Below, one piece after another: positions 9,078-23,585 of a stretch of DNA of 64,000 nt. Position 1 is the first letter of the stretch. Each line of letters starts with the position of its first letter. Source of the DNA: Epithemia pelagica. Taxonomy: Eukaryota > Protista > Bacillariophyta. Made by a program: the position numbers and the translations under genes. The notes below the pieces were generated by a model, which saw only the letters and a program-made list of their open reading frames with translations, was not told the DNA's origin and did not search any database. The stretch spans positions 558,001 to 622,000 of the forward strand of contig OX337228.1 of assembly GCA_946965045.2 (NCBI GenBank), given 5' to 3'.

Positions 9078-12000
9078 TTACAACCAACCAAGAAAGGTGC
9101 TCGGCATCATACAAATCTGTTCATCTTTCTGTGCCACTGCGAGCAATTGTCGCACATGCTTATCAATTGGGTCATCCGACGATGGTGACGACTTGCTCGC
9201 AGTGCTGCTGGTTTCTTTGGAACGATTGGGGGCACAAGAGGCCAAACGAGCTTGCGCAGTAGAAACATTCTTGGAAATACGTTCCAACAATTGTTTTTCC
9301 ATTTCTTGGGTTTTCACGTCCGGCTTGGCCAAGGATTTTGTATAAAAGGCAATCAGATCGTCTCGCAAGAGAAGATGCAAAATGGTATCCATGAGCTCCC
9401 GTTCACTGGCAATGGCATCGGCAATGGTCATCATGGTATGGAGAAAGGGTCCTTGGAGCAGAGGGAATCCGATGAGAGTGGACAGATTGCGCGTCATGCG
9501 AAAAGGGAGGAGTGTTTTGTCAAAGAGGCCATGACTGTTGTACAGAATTCGGGCATCGCACGACCGTGTCGTTCCGGAATTGCGGAAAAACACCACTTGA
9601 TCCGGATTTCGTTCGGCAATGGCAAACACGTACTGGAACAAACAGTCCGCCGCCCATTGTTGGGCAAAGGTTCGTTTGAATTGGTAAAAGAGTTCGGTGC
9701 TGCCCAAAAAAGACAAGATTTGATTGGTCAAGATTTGAGGGCTGGACGCCCGGCAAATGTGCCGAAAGATTTCGGTTCGCTTTTCGCGTTCCAATCGGGC
9801 GCGATCTGCATCCTTGAGGGCATCAAATTCGGACCCCGATAGAGCCTTACATAGTTCGTCATTGAACCGGACTGCCAATTCATCCTCCTCCACGCCACTC
9901 GTGTGGCTGTTGTTGTTTTGAGAGGAGGCAGTCAATTTGTAAAGCTCATACTCATGTTCCATTGACGTCCAGTCGTCCGGTTCCACAACCAGTCGGAGAC
10001 GCTGGGCCACTGGAATCACTGGTTGCGGTTTGACAGCTAAATGGGCCCGAGCGCTCTTCATTCCCTTGCGCAACAGTTTATCCACCACAAAATGTGTCTG
10101 AGTCGTGCGTTCGTCGGTTCGAGTCCAATACGACAGGGCACATTGGAGGACAAAGTGATAGGTCTTGCCATCGTCTCCCACCATTCCAATCCGACGGACG
10201 AGATTCTCCTTTCGTCGAACAATTTCTACCACGGGTTCAAAACGGACAAGTTTGGGATGAAGCTCGGGATTGGGTCGGCTATCCGTCCAGGAATAATTCG
10301 GCATATAGTTTCCAGGGATCTCAATAATCGCAGAACTGCCACCAAAATCACCACCAAACCCTTCTCTCTTTGCCGCTGCAGCGGCTATATTAGCAGCGTT
10401 GGCGGCCGCCTTTTTCGCGGCAGCGGCCGAAGAGGACGTTGTAGATTGTGCAGCTCCACCTTCGGGGTTGAATTCGTTTTCGGTAGTTACTGTTCGTGAA
10501 CTTGCGTAACGGGGATCACAGGCACCGGGCCACAAATCGGGAGGATGTCCCATGCCGTACATGGCCAAGGCAGGAGACACATCTACAAGTTTCAAGGATG
10601 AAGGACCCGCGTAAACTTGGAATTGGAGCTTTTCGCGCCACTCTCGTATCTTGTTCAGCATTTCCTTGGGAGTTCCGGACGGAGTGGGCGTTGTCTCACC
10701 TTTGGTATCATTGGACGAAACACTGAAATCCGCTTCAAACTGTTTTCTGTAGCGTTCTTTAAAATCATTGTTTTGACGCGTTCGTTCGTCATTTCGAGAG
10801 GTGGAATCACTTGGTCGAAAATACTTGACTGCAATTCTTCCTAGAGTTTTCCAGCACGACTGTGCCATTGTCTCTTCCTCTGATTTTCGAAGGCCCACAA
10901 GCTGACATTCCAACCTTTCTTCTAGAGCTATGATCGTTCCGAGAAAGTCCTCTTCCGTCGATGGCCTGAATTTGACAATCAGTTCCTCCAGAATTGTTTC
11001 TAGTTGACTACATAGCGAGGCATGCGAGCGCCGCAACAAGGTCAACAGCTCCTCGGAAAATTGAACCGAAGGCATATGCTGAGAGGAACCCGATGGGACC
11101 GGACCTCTTGCGCGTTCCACATCGCGTCGTTCGAGATAGAACGCTCGTAGGGGATAGTATATCGACTGAGGGTATGTTCTGGCCACCATGGAGACCAACT
11201 GTTTCAAACCAGAGCCCTCGGGTCGGTGAAGGCCACTCAACAGTTGAGGTAGCCATGGAAGCCAAACCCAACTGGGTAAAAGAGCACCACGGCTCTCAAA
11301 TGTAGTACAAAGAACAGCAGGCGTGCCCCCATCCTTGGAAAGCATCCACAGGCATTTTGCAATATGAAGCCGCGCCCATTCATGTGTATCCAGACGAACA
11401 GCCTCGAGGTAGCAACCGATAGCTTGGGCGAGATACTGAGCAACTTTTTTCGACGAAGCTGCCTTGTCCTGTTGCTGCTCCGCGGTTGCCTTTTGAGCTT
11501 GCTGTTCAGCCGCATCGCCAAGCTCTGCACAAAGATTGCCCCAGTCCAACCACGCACGGGAGTGATACGGGCAAATCTGGACCGAATGACAAAACGCTTG
11601 GTTCGCTTTGGAGCGACTTCCCAATGAAACCAGAAGTTCCGCCTTCAAACGAAACAGTTCGCTTTTCTGTGATGGGTCAAAGAATGAAAGATTGGTTGTG
11701 TTGACAAGGTTAAGACCACCCTGTCGTTCCCTTTCTGAGCTTGGATTCATGTATGCCAATATCTGTTCCCTTAGCTGAAGATACGCGTCTAGAACGTTCA
11801 TAGTGCTTTTATCGGAAGCTCTACTGATCAATCGCAAGGAAACATCTCTCAAATCATGCTTTCTCGCTGTTTTGGCAAGTCGGATAGCAGTCCAAGGTCG
11901 ATCGTGGAGGGTAGCCAATACATTTGGCTCGCTCCAATGAAATATCTTCGTGATTGCTCCAAACATGTGGGTCCGCCATGCAAGGATTTCATCCCACATT

Positions 12001-15000
12001 GTTAAAGGTTCACAGGGGTTTGGAAGCCGTCCACGCCATGCATTTAAAAGATTCTTGAGGTCAGGAACAGTGCGTCCCTCAGAGTGATTCCCAGTCTCAA
12101 CCATTATTTGCCCGGATTCCCGTACCTCCACAAGTCGATGAAAAAAGTGAAACAAGGATGCATGAACAGGACTACCACTAGAGAGGTGGGGTAAGAGCTG
12201 CCACTTGTATAGACACAGTTGAGCTGATTGGGCATGAAGATTCTCAACTTCACCAAGCTTCCCGTCCGCTACAGCCAGAAGAGTCTCGCTCAACTTCACA
12301 GTTGCATCCCCGCTCTCTCCCGCAACAAGTAGAGAGGGAGCTCCACAGAGTGCTCTTACTTTGACCCAATCTTGGGTTTTCCAAGCACAATCAAGTTGCA
12401 AGCGATGGTTTGCAGAGGCGTTTGCAAACTCAGAAACAACTTCCAGTTGACAAACCTGGCGCTGTATTTCAACCCATCTCTCCTCCCACAAATCCATTTC
12501 AAATTCTGAGGGAGCCACAGCTGCGTTTGGAGCCTGTACAAGGTCAATTAATTCCAAATAAGCATCGGAAGCATCTGAAAGGAAACCTCCAGTATCCATC
12601 GACACAGCTTTCCAGCTCTTGGGAAGTTTACACGATTCCCGAGCTAAGCTCATCCATATCTTCTCCTCCGAGAGTTGTCGGTAGCAATGACGCATGGCAC
12701 TAATGGACTTTTCTCCTAAAGGGAGCATGGGGGCAGCCTGGTATTGCAACTCGAGGATCGACAAAACTTCATACCAAGCATTGTAGTTCTCTGCCAAAGA
12801 CACCAGCAAACTAAGATCGAACACCGGTATAGGTCGAAGATGAAGAACCGCATTCAAGAAGGCTCTTGGTGAGTTCATCGTTGACCTTTCTGTTGAACAC
12901 CGATGCCCTGGTTGTAAAAATTGCGCATGGTACGGCCGAGAGAGCAAAATCTCCATTGCATATGAAAGCTTCGCACGGGCTTTATTTTCCTGTTGTTGCC
13001 AACACAACGGCAGCATCGACTCAAGAAGAAACTGGGCCATGCTGTCGTTGCTGTGTATGAGAATCCGAAGCGCCGCATTCAAATCCGGATCCTCGCATTG
13101 CACTAAACTCAACATGGCTTCAACTAGGACAACAATCCAGAAACGCCCACAGATGCCCTCGAAATCGCTATGAAGAAATCTCCAAAGGACATCAAGCACA
13201 GACAAAGATGATGCGTCTGGACTTGAAAGATACTCTCTGAAAAGCTCTGTTCGCGCCTCAACATTGGCATTGAGCAAACATGCCACAAGAGATCTACCAA
13301 AAACCAAGTCGCCACTTTGCCCGAGATCCGACAGACGGAAACACTGGATAAAATGTCGTATCAAGTCCGCAATAGGTTGTGCCACAACATCGTTCGGTAA
13401 GCATCGAAAGTCAACTGTCGATAGCTTCCAAAGAAGACTGTTTCGTTCCTTAACAATAACTGGTGAACCCGAACTTGGTTCCAGCAACAGCTTTCCTACT
13501 ATCTTGGTAGCCATCATTAGCACCATCACGTTGTCACTGTGATCCAAGAGAGAGCTGATGATATGGTAGAACGTTTTTCGGTTCGACGAAAAGACGTAAA
13601 ATATGTCACCCTTCTCCAAGACAGAGAGAACCAAGTAGATAGATCGCAGCAAACTGCTGGTTCCTGTGGTCTTTGTAATACGGCTGCGACTCATTTGGTG
13701 AACAGCATCCTCACCTTCTCGCTTCAGTATCTCTGAGATTATTCCTTTTGTTGGCGTGTGGCAAAGAATCCCCGTAAACTGGCTGTTGGTTGTTGATGAA
13801 TAGGCTCCTTGTCTCTGTTTAGCAACCGCCTCCGATACATGTTCTTTCGTCAGGAAGTTCGTGAGGATAAGAAGGGTACCCTCGAGCCGATTAAGGAAAC
13901 TCTTGCTCTTTTGACACAAGCACTTGACAAGTTCTAGGCCGAAGACAAGGAACGACAGGTCAGCCTGTGAGGACGCATCTTTCGGTGAAGTCTTCGAGCG
14001 CCTTGGTGAATCACTCGACTGATGACTTGATGATGATTTTCTCTGTAAAGACTGTATTGCTTCAAGAAGGATTTTTTCAACGGCGGTCGCCATCACATCG
14101 CTTTGTCCAAGAACATGAACGGCATGAGGAGCTAATTCGTTTATTTTTGTTCGAAATATCGCGTTCTTCCTTGCGCACTCAAAAGATGCGGAAACAACTC
14201 GAGCCACCAATGATCTATTTTGCTCCATAAACAAGACATTCTTCGACCGGCTCACAACCACTAGAATGTCCAGTGATGTAGCGAGTACAGCGCTATCGGG
14301 TTTCGCTTGGTTGACCTTCTCGAAAGGTTGGGGGCGAATCGGAGCACTGAATCTACGTAGGACGTCCTCTAACAAGAATCTCAAAGACTCTCCAAGATTC
14401 CGCACTCCTTGGTCCGTTTTTAAGGCGCGAACATCAGGTTCGGCGAGTTGAAGAAGCTGGCGGACGATGAAATTCAAAATCAATTCTTGATCTTCATTTG
14501 AAAGAAGATGTTGCGGATCTGATGTTCCTAAAGAGGAGGCGTCCCATTTCAGCAAAAGATGGATTACTTCCGCAGCGAGTATTTTGTTCTCGAACGGACC
14601 GCTGGTCGAAAGTCCGAGCCGATTCAGCGTGCCAACCAGTAAACTCGAAAACTGTTTACTGTGGTCTTGGAAGATGGGTGCACCCTTGATTATTGTCAAA
14701 CAGATATGTGCTAATTGCGGTGTCGAATTCGATTCTTCCAACATTATTTGAGCGGTTTGGTCAACGAGGCCTTTGATATCTTGCGCCGACAATCGATGTT
14801 GCAGTGTAGGCAGTAAGATATCAAGCGCTGCTCGGACAAGCTCTTTTCCTTCCTGGTGATGGGAACGAATCAAAGCTGTATAGACTTGCCGCGTAGTCTT
14901 TTCTGATGTCCCAAACCTCTTCGTGAGTTGACATATACATATGTACGCCCAACTGGTACAAGCTATGTCTTCACTTTTCAGCAAGCTTGAACAGTATCGA

Positions 15001-18000
15001 ACTATATCCTTCTTGTAAGACGCAATGGATTCTGGAGCACCATCAACAAATACACTTAGCAGCTGAAGACATTCAACGCGAAGTCTATCGCTGCAAACCG
15101 CCGGTGATCCCTTCTGAAAGAGGACTTGATGGACAAATTCATTTATCATGGTCGGTTCAAGAATGTCCGCGAGAATTCCTTTGCGACAAGCATCGGTGAG
15201 CAACGGCAATAGAAGAAGTTGGATACTCAGGACCTTCGTTTCTTCGTTGTTTTCAGCCATTAAACGTCTCATAATCTTGTTCGCAAAGTGTTGTTTCTGG
15301 TTGGATCCAAGTAACAAGAGCGGTGCTTCTCCCAAGAATCTCCTAACCATGATGAAATTTGCTGTGACGGCCTGAAGGAAAATACAGAGCAACTCAAACA
15401 TGACCTCTACGAAAGAGTCAATGTCCATGCGTGAGGCACTACTTGCATACACCATCAGAAAGGACGCCATAAGAGTTGATTCATCATGGAATCGATTTTG
15501 AACTTGTTCTTCGTGTTGCAATCGTAAGAAACGACCTCTGCTCCTCCAAAGCAGCCGCATTGCTCTGACAATATCAGTTTGCTCCGCGAAATAGGACATA
15601 TTGTGCTCAACAAGACTTTTCAAGACCCTGAGACCATGCAACTGAACTTCCAACGCATCGTTTGTCATCGGCCAGGGTGGCCCGTTCACATCTAACCTTG
15701 TAATTCCGATACCATGAAGAGACGCTTGTCCAGGACCTGAGGTATTCACCCCTTTCTCAGATCTCATGATAGCAAGAGGGCGCTCGAAGCAGACATTGAG
15801 AAGTACCAAGGAACTCTGCTTTGAACAGAGAAATTCACGAAGAGGAGAGCTGTCATGACGCTCCAAGATCGACTCAAAGAGTTCACTGTATACAGGATAC
15901 TTTAGACGCTGGAAAAAGAAATCGACCGCTGCCTGAGGGTGTCTGTTCAAGAAGCGGGCAATATGAGGACGGAAAGGTGAGCTCGTGTAGCACACTTTGA
16001 ATTCAGGAAGGACACGTTCAATCTTCAGACAAGTCGCAACAAGGGGCTCCACAAATTTAGAGGCATGTGGAAGCAGCCAAAAGACTTCCACGATCGCCGC
16101 AGCAACCAGAGGCTCTTCACCTTCGTTCCAAATCCCGAGGCTTGTTATTCTTTTCGGCTCTGTCCATTTCTTGAGATGATCCAATAACTTCTCGCCCAGT
16201 GTCTTGTTGAACCAAGAGCTAAGCAGGGACAACAGCTTTGACAGACCACGAAGAAGAGGAATGGATAACCTCGTGTAGTCTCTAAGGTTCAATAGCACAG
16301 GGCGAATACATGTTTGAAGGAGCTCTTTTGGGAGACGAGAATGAGACTTCGAATGCTCTCCTTGGCTCCCCGATACCGAACTTAACGCAAGTACATCTCG
16401 CAAGGCGTTGTGACTTGCAACAACAGCTTCACGAGGGTGTGAAACGAGAGACCGGAACAAAAGGCTAATCATGTGAGGACGTATGTTGCCAATGCTAGTT
16501 GATGATTCTGCATCGAAAAAAACATCTGTGTAACCACGAACAACCGAATGAAGGAGCGAGATAGAAGAAACACGAAGTTGTACGCCAGGAGGAAGTTCTT
16601 TTGGGATGACGACTCTTGCGGATTGACCAGCGATCTCAAGAATCAAGGATCGTCGAAAGAACAATGCAGACGCATGAGAGGGAAAATGAGTTCTCTTGTC
16701 TCCAATATTTGATGTAAAGCCATTTTTGTCAACGGTACAACCAAGCAAGGGCTTGTCCGACATTTCCCCATCAGCAACCGAGCACATTTTCAATATTTCC
16801 GAGAGCAAGTTCAACAAGTGTGTGTCTGTCAAAGGGAAGAACTTTGGTGCCTCTGACAACAAAAAAGCGACTGCTTCAATCACACCGATTTGATGAGGCA
16901 GCGGGAGCGAGCGAAGGTGGCGAGAATACAGCAACCTTTTCAACGTAGAAGCATGGGTTGAAAATATTTCTGTCGGCTTTCCTGGGAGGAGGACAAAGTG
17001 CCTCAAAAAGAAGCGAGCACATACCCTGGGATAAAACGTCGTCGAACATCGGGTCAGATAATGACCGAAACCCTAAATTGCTAAGGTCTGCACGCTCGTC
17101 CCTTACCTGACCAAATGCTGCGGATAAACCAGTTCATGCAAAGATATCTTGACAACTTCCTCCATGGGAGTGATGCGTATGGAGCTCGCTCTGTCCTCTG
17201 TGGTTCGTATATTGGTAGGTGTCTTTTCATTCATGTTTTCTTTCTGTTCACGGGGATGGCTGTCGCGGGCCTGCTTAGACGAATAAAGAGGATCCCATAT
17301 TAGTGTCTGTGTAGCTGAAGACGCATCATGATTGTCAACAATCGAATGATCAGTCCAACACCTCGTCCCTTGGCCGTAGAGGCACGTGCATATTTGAAAA
17401 AAGAACTCAGTCGCTCGTGCCGACGTTGAGGCAATCTCGCGAGGCGCAGTCTTGACGCTCACGAAGGCAGCAATGAACAGTTCCATCTCGTGATGATGAG
17501 ATTTCCACTCTGGTAGCGCCGTTCTTGAATATACCAAGATGTGTACAAGAATACACATAACAACCTCACGATGACATGCCCCGCATAATGATTGAACGAG
17601 GCAGGAACAGAAATCAGAGGGCGCTTCAGCTAAACTCCAACTAGCTGAGTTGAAAAGTTTTTCGATCAATTTCTTCGTAACTGCAAAAACAGGTAGGGAC
17701 TTGCTATCAGGGATTTCCTTTAGCGTGTCAACCAGGGCTTCCGCAGCGGGGCTGGGTTTTAGTTCAGGAAGAAAAGTGCAAAGTAGATCGAATGCTTTTT
17801 CCTCGGAGGGCTCGTTATCCTTCGCTTCTTCTTCTCTCAGTGTTGCTGCATACAGTAATCCCGCCACAACATTAGCTTCTTCGGCTCCTGCTGAGTTTCG
17901 AAGTAAGTTGTCCAGTGGTTCCTTCCGTACTTGCTGACTATCGTGTGAAGCGTCTCCTTCTGTTACCCCCTCTACTTTGGAAGTGCTTCTGTCTCCACGA

Positions 18001-21000
18001 CGAAGATAGCACTTCATGGCCGACTCGACAACAGTTAATGCAGCAGAAGCTTGACTTGCTTTGGTATCCACCATCACTTTTTTGGAATAGGCGTCGAAGT
18101 CAATTTTGTCAAAATCCGCACAATCCCATAAATCCTTCCCCCCTTGAGAACCCCATTCAATCGCCTTCTTTCCTGGAATTGCCTGCTTGGGCGTCACGTT
18201 CTCACTTTGCTGGTCGCTGTTATCGGGGTTGCTATTCGGTGCCGATGCCCCGTTCAGCAGTGGTTCCGTAAGAGCCAGTGTCTTGAGCATTCTTACTGCA
18301 TGATTCAGAGGGATGGGAAGCGAAAATGACTCCATCCCACTCTCGTCGGTGTCTGATGCAACTTTCCAAGAACAGTCTGTCACTTGTAACCAAGGAACAA
18401 ACAGGTCGTTACGATAATACTTGACTTCGTCTTTACCAGTCACTAGCGGCAGAAACGTATGGTCTCGAAGAAATTGACGATTCTTTCCTCCCAGTTTCCC
18501 AAGCAGTCGGAGCGTGAGTAGTCCATATGGATACGGTGCAGGTTGCAAATGACGTGAGAGCGATCGCATCAGCATAGACAAGAGATCCACTTGCTTCGAA
18601 AGCTCTGGGTATAGGAACATGGGATTCAAATTATCCACCCAAAATTCCAGAGTCCGCAATCTTTCAACAAAACGACCACAAAATGTGAGAAAGCAGCAAC
18701 GAACTTTGCGATATCTCGTCTTTTGCTGTCCATCACATGAGTACAATGCGTGTTGCGATCCAAAGACTTACCCTAAATTTACCAAATCTCCGGAATCGGA
18801 ATCCAATGCCGGAACTATAACGCGCAAGAGCAGATTTAAATGGGGCAGCAACGAGGACAAACGAGCCGGGATTGTCAAGCACAGTTCAATGGCTGTGTGG
18901 GCAATGTTGCTATTGTTGTTTCCCGTGGACGTGGTACCTGGGGATGACAAGGCTGCGGACATGACTCGATAGAGACCATTCAAGACGGCTGGAATCAATG
19001 GTAAGAGTTCTCTGTACGATTCCTCAAATTTTCCGGCCGAGATGGAACGGAAAATGTACCGTAGCAGCATGCAATTGGCATCGGGCCAATCTGGTACATG
19101 CTCCATTGCTGCACGGAAGGAGACCACCACCATACGTTTCAATTGTTTTCGTATCACATACTCATTTTCTGGGAAGGACGCCAAAGACTTGAGCACACGT
19201 TCAAAACACTGCAACAACGATAAACTCGCTTGCTGACGGCGTTTGTAGGACTCGTGTGGCCCTGCCAACACCCGTTGAATCTGCCGTTCCGCTTCTAGAC
19301 CAAGGCTACCGCTTTCATTGTCATCTTTTTCGATTGATGGCAAGTATATTATTTTTCTCATGTAGGTACCACCAAAGTCCCTGGCTTCATCATTCTGTAG
19401 ACGTTCATCGTACTTATCCACCGAGAGTTCCTCCATTCGGTTGACCAGATATTCCAGAAAAATAGAGCAAACGTGGTAGCTCGTCGAAGAATTGCAGGCC
19501 AACCAGTGACGGGGAATCACCATGGCCATGGAATCGTCCATGATTCCATCCACCAAACAATCCATCTCTTGACCCAATGTTAACCGCAGCGTTGTTCCAT
19601 CCAAACGGGCAAAGGATGCGGCAAAGTAAGTGAGTGCATCGCGATATTGTTCCTGATTGGTGGTATTACCCGTGCTGGCTCCGACCGTGGCGGCGGCTTT
19701 CGTGGGGTCCATGACCGCCGGTGTCGTGGCTTCGGTCGTCACTGGTTCTTGCAAAATCTCGGTCACGGGAAGAATGATTCGAATGTATCGCCGTACAATG
19801 GACATTTCGTAGAGTGTCAAACATGTATTGGTTGGTTCTTCTGTGGACAACAAGACCATCCAGTCCGTCGGTTGTGTCGTGGTGGCAGCTTTTGTTGTTG
19901 TATCAGCCACAGGCGTCGCCGTGGTGGAGGTTCCAGCGGTTGCTCCGGCTGGTGTTGCCATGGTGGTACCCGAGGGTTTCGAATCGTCTCCCGGCGTCGT
20001 CTTGATGGTGGTGCGAGGCGAAGCTACGGATGGATGGGTCCCGCTTTGTTCATGGCTCGTGCTAATGTAGGTAATCACCGTCTTGAGATTCACCACAATG
20101 GCTCGTACCATGGACTGGATTTCTCGAATCGAGTCCAAACGATTGGCATTGTAAGAGGAAGAGGACAAGGACGACCAGGATGACGACGACGATGACGAAA
20201 AGTTGGGATGATTGACTTGCTGTTCGGCCACAATGTCAAGAATCATGCGACTGGGTCCTTCCTCCGTTTCCCTTGTCGTGGTGGTCGTCGTTTCGTGTGT
20301 ATTCGGACCCGTTGTCGTGGTCGTCGTTGGGAATGGCACGGAGGAGGTAGTACCACTGGTGGCTGTTGCTTTTGTTTCGGTAGAATCCGGCAAAGATTCG
20401 GAGAACGACGATGACGCATGGCTCTGCTGCAACACTAAAGATGGATAGGACTCGACCAAGGCATACAGTTTGTCGACCAAGGTTCTCAAAATGCGAACCA
20501 AAATGGAACGACCCGTCTGATGGGGTTGTGATTTGGGTGCTGATGCAGCAGGAGTCGTTGGACTGCTGCTGCTCGAATGGGTTCCTCCTCCGGTCGCCGC
20601 CGGACTGGTCGTCGTCGTGGAACTCTTGTTGTTGTTGCCTTGTGACTGTTTGGTCTTGTTGTAAATGATATCCACAACCGAAAAGAGCGTTCGGACGGCC
20701 GCATATTGCGTCGACATGGACGAAGAGGAGAGAGAGGAGGAGGACCCTCCAGCACCACCACTACTACTACTACTACTGCCCATTCGTCTCCCGGCACTCG
20801 TGTGGTTCTTGGGATGATAATGACTGGGTGATGGAATCCCAATCCAATCGTGCAAGACACGGGAAAAAATGAGCACGACCCGTGACAATTGTCGCATTGT
20901 CATTTGTGCCGAAAACTGTTGGACCAAATCCGACAAGGTCGTATAGGCCAAGGGACGTAGCAAGGTTTGTTCCGATACGACGACAAACAACCGAGACGAC

Positions 21001-22942
21001 GATGACGAGGAGGATGGAGCGTTGTGTGTTGGCGACGACGACGACAAGGACGATGCACTCGTACTCGCACTACTACTGCTTCCTCCTCCTCCTCCGACGC
21101 CCAAGAGAATGCGTTCATCGAGGAGGGCATCCAAATGGGAAGCGAATCCGATTCGAAATTCGGCATGATTGAGCAAATGTCGGGTGGCCACCAACAATTC
21201 CTTGCGCGTCGAGACGGATTCCTTGGGACAATGGGTCATGAGGGAAACGACATTGGTGGCCAAGGTTTCGGCATGGGGTTTCAAATGAGAGCTAAAGCCC
21301 CGCAACAGGTAGGTCAAAAAGCTCAACGTCTTGGCCTGTGCCGCAATCAATTCGCGATACCGATCGTAATACAATCGTTTCCACACGGCTCGAAGTTTGG
21401 CATTCGTGGGTTTGGCTGCGGAGGATTGCGACGAATCTACGGGCGTTCCACTCGAGTCGTTTTTTGTTGTTTCTTGTGCTTGTGCTTGTTCTTGTTGTTG
21501 TTGTTGTTGTTCGAGAACGACGAGGAGGGCTTCCCATTGCGGGGGTCGCAAGGCCAAGGCATTCATCATGGCCCCAATCATGCTGGGAATATTGGTTTTG
21601 ACAAATTTGGGATACAATTGAAACATGAGCATGACAATCAAGGGACATTCCGTCAAGACTCGAAAGGACAAGGTCGAAGGCAAGGGTGGTTGTGGTTGTT
21701 GAGAGGAGGGCGACACGGGCAATACTACGGACGGGGACAAGGAGGAGGACGACAGTGGGGAAGAGGACAAGGCAGGAGCCGCAGCCGCCATTCGTGCCGT
21801 GGTGGGAGCCGTAGGACTGGGAGTCGTGTTGGTGGTGGTGATGGCAGTGACACCCTCGTTCTTCTGCTTCTTGGGAGGAGTCGTTCCTGGAGCAGCATTC
21901 GACGTGGCTGTGGCAGTCTCGGTTCCTGTGGTTGGAGGAGTATTCTTCGCAGTGGTGGTGGTGGCACTGCGGGGAGCTTCTCCTACCACGGGTTCGACTT
22001 CCATGGGAGTCGTCGTAGTAGTAGTAGTGTCGGTCGTTGCGGTTCCTGCAATGGTGCTTGTAGAAGCAGCAGTTGTAGCAGCAGCAGCACTTGTTGTGTT
22101 TGTCGTTGTTGTTGTTGTTGGCGGAGGACTTGGTCCCAGTGTCGATATTGCTGGTGTTGGTGTTATCGTCGTTGTTGTTGTTGTTGTAGAATTGTTGGTG
22201 GTATTGCTGCTGGTCGTTGTTGTTGTTGTGGACGATGCCGCCGCCGCCAGGAGGGTCGAGGCGGCAAAATTGTGTTGGACGGCCCGGGGCAAGGAGCGAT
22301 ACAAGTCCACGACAAAATCCATAAAGGGTTGGACATCATCGGCGGGCAAGGTCCGATAGACCTTGTACAAATCAAACAAGATGCGACAGGCCATCAAGGC
22401 TTGGTCTTGCGAATCGCGTTGCAAGACGGACAAGGCCACGGCGACCAAATGAGGGGCATGTGGTCGCACCACATGGGTCAGGGGAAATTTGGAAATGAGT
22501 TCCAATACCAACAACCGCAAGGAAGGATCGGATGATGCGGAGGAGGAAGAGGATTGGGAGTGGAGGGGTGGTGTCGTCGTCGTCGTTGTGGTTGTGGTGT
22601 TCGGTGGTGCGGCTGGTCGAGTGGTCGTAGTCGTGGTTAAAATGGTACACAAACTGGGCAAGAGGGCGGACAACAAGAGTGGAAAATCGGACGAATGCAA
22701 AACCTCCAAGGCTTGTCGAACCTGTCGAGCCGCCTCCAAGGCACTCTCTCGATCACTTCCCAACAAGCGTTGTCGAATGGGTTCCCAATTCATACTTGAA
22801 GTAGTAGTAGTAGTAGTAGTCGCAGCAGTATTCATTCGAGGAGTGGTGGGGGTGGTGATGGTTGCTGTTGGGTTGCTTGTTGTTGTTGTTGTAGTTGGTG
22901 TCGTTGTAGAAGGAGGACAAGTGGCTGGAGGATGGCTCCTCG

Positions 22943-22977
<35 letters not shown>

Positions 22978-23009
22978 TTGGTATTGGCATTGGTATTGGT
23001 GGATTCCAT
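9078..23009 (-). CDS. TRRAP: TRRAP/Tra1 PIKK-family pseudokinase scaffold (~4,579 aa, three exons)
   Basis: Exons 23009-18772, 18660-17107 and 17025-9078; introns 18771-18661 and 17106-17026, both GT..AG and in frame. Conserved motifs LVNLG|LRTLEFWVDNLNP, PYPYG..LRLLGKLGGKNR, WVWLPWLPQLL, YPQSIYYPLR, PFRMTRNL and a C-terminal FATC-like end MMPSTFLGWL. Confidence 0.95.
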
Positions 23010-23585
23010 ACTTGCCGTCGTCGTCGTCGCCTCCTCTCCAACCCAACGCTATACCTAGGTACAAGTGGAGAAACGAGAATAATCTTGATTCGATCGTTTC
23101 TTTTCTCTCTTTTTCTCTCGTTTGGTCTCTCTCTCTTTGTTTCGTACTAGTACCAAAGACCGACGAGACGAATAAGGGTGGTGGTGGTGAACGAGAGAAA
23201 CGAATCGAGAGGTGGTGAGTTCGGAGACAATAGGTTTTGGGTGCGGCGGCGCCGCGGTTCATGGTCGTCGTCCGAAAAAGAGGTGCGACCGATAAACGCG
23301 ACACCAAAGCGACTACACACAACCCGAAGGGATTCCAATAGGATTCGGGATAGGGAAATGCACCACAAACATATGCGCCATGCACACAAAAAACTGAGTT
23401 TTTGTGCAATCAACATGGATCAACCGTTTCTTCTCCGCAGAAGCAAACCCAACCCAAAGGTTGAAGGTTGAGCCTCGCACAAAAGAACAACAGCACACCA
23501 CGAAACTACTGTCATTATGAGCGAAACAAGTAGGACCAAGCGCAAGCAAATAGACAACCCAAGCGACGACGAAGCGGAGGAGTAG

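Noticed and set aside
21024-22535. 503-aa plus-strand ORF, plus other long antisense or alternate-frame ORFs (28740-30038, 38400-39674, 45276-46691, 48652-50733)
   Set aside because: They lie opposite well-supported genes, show no domain motifs and are explained by biased codon usage and low-complexity sequence.
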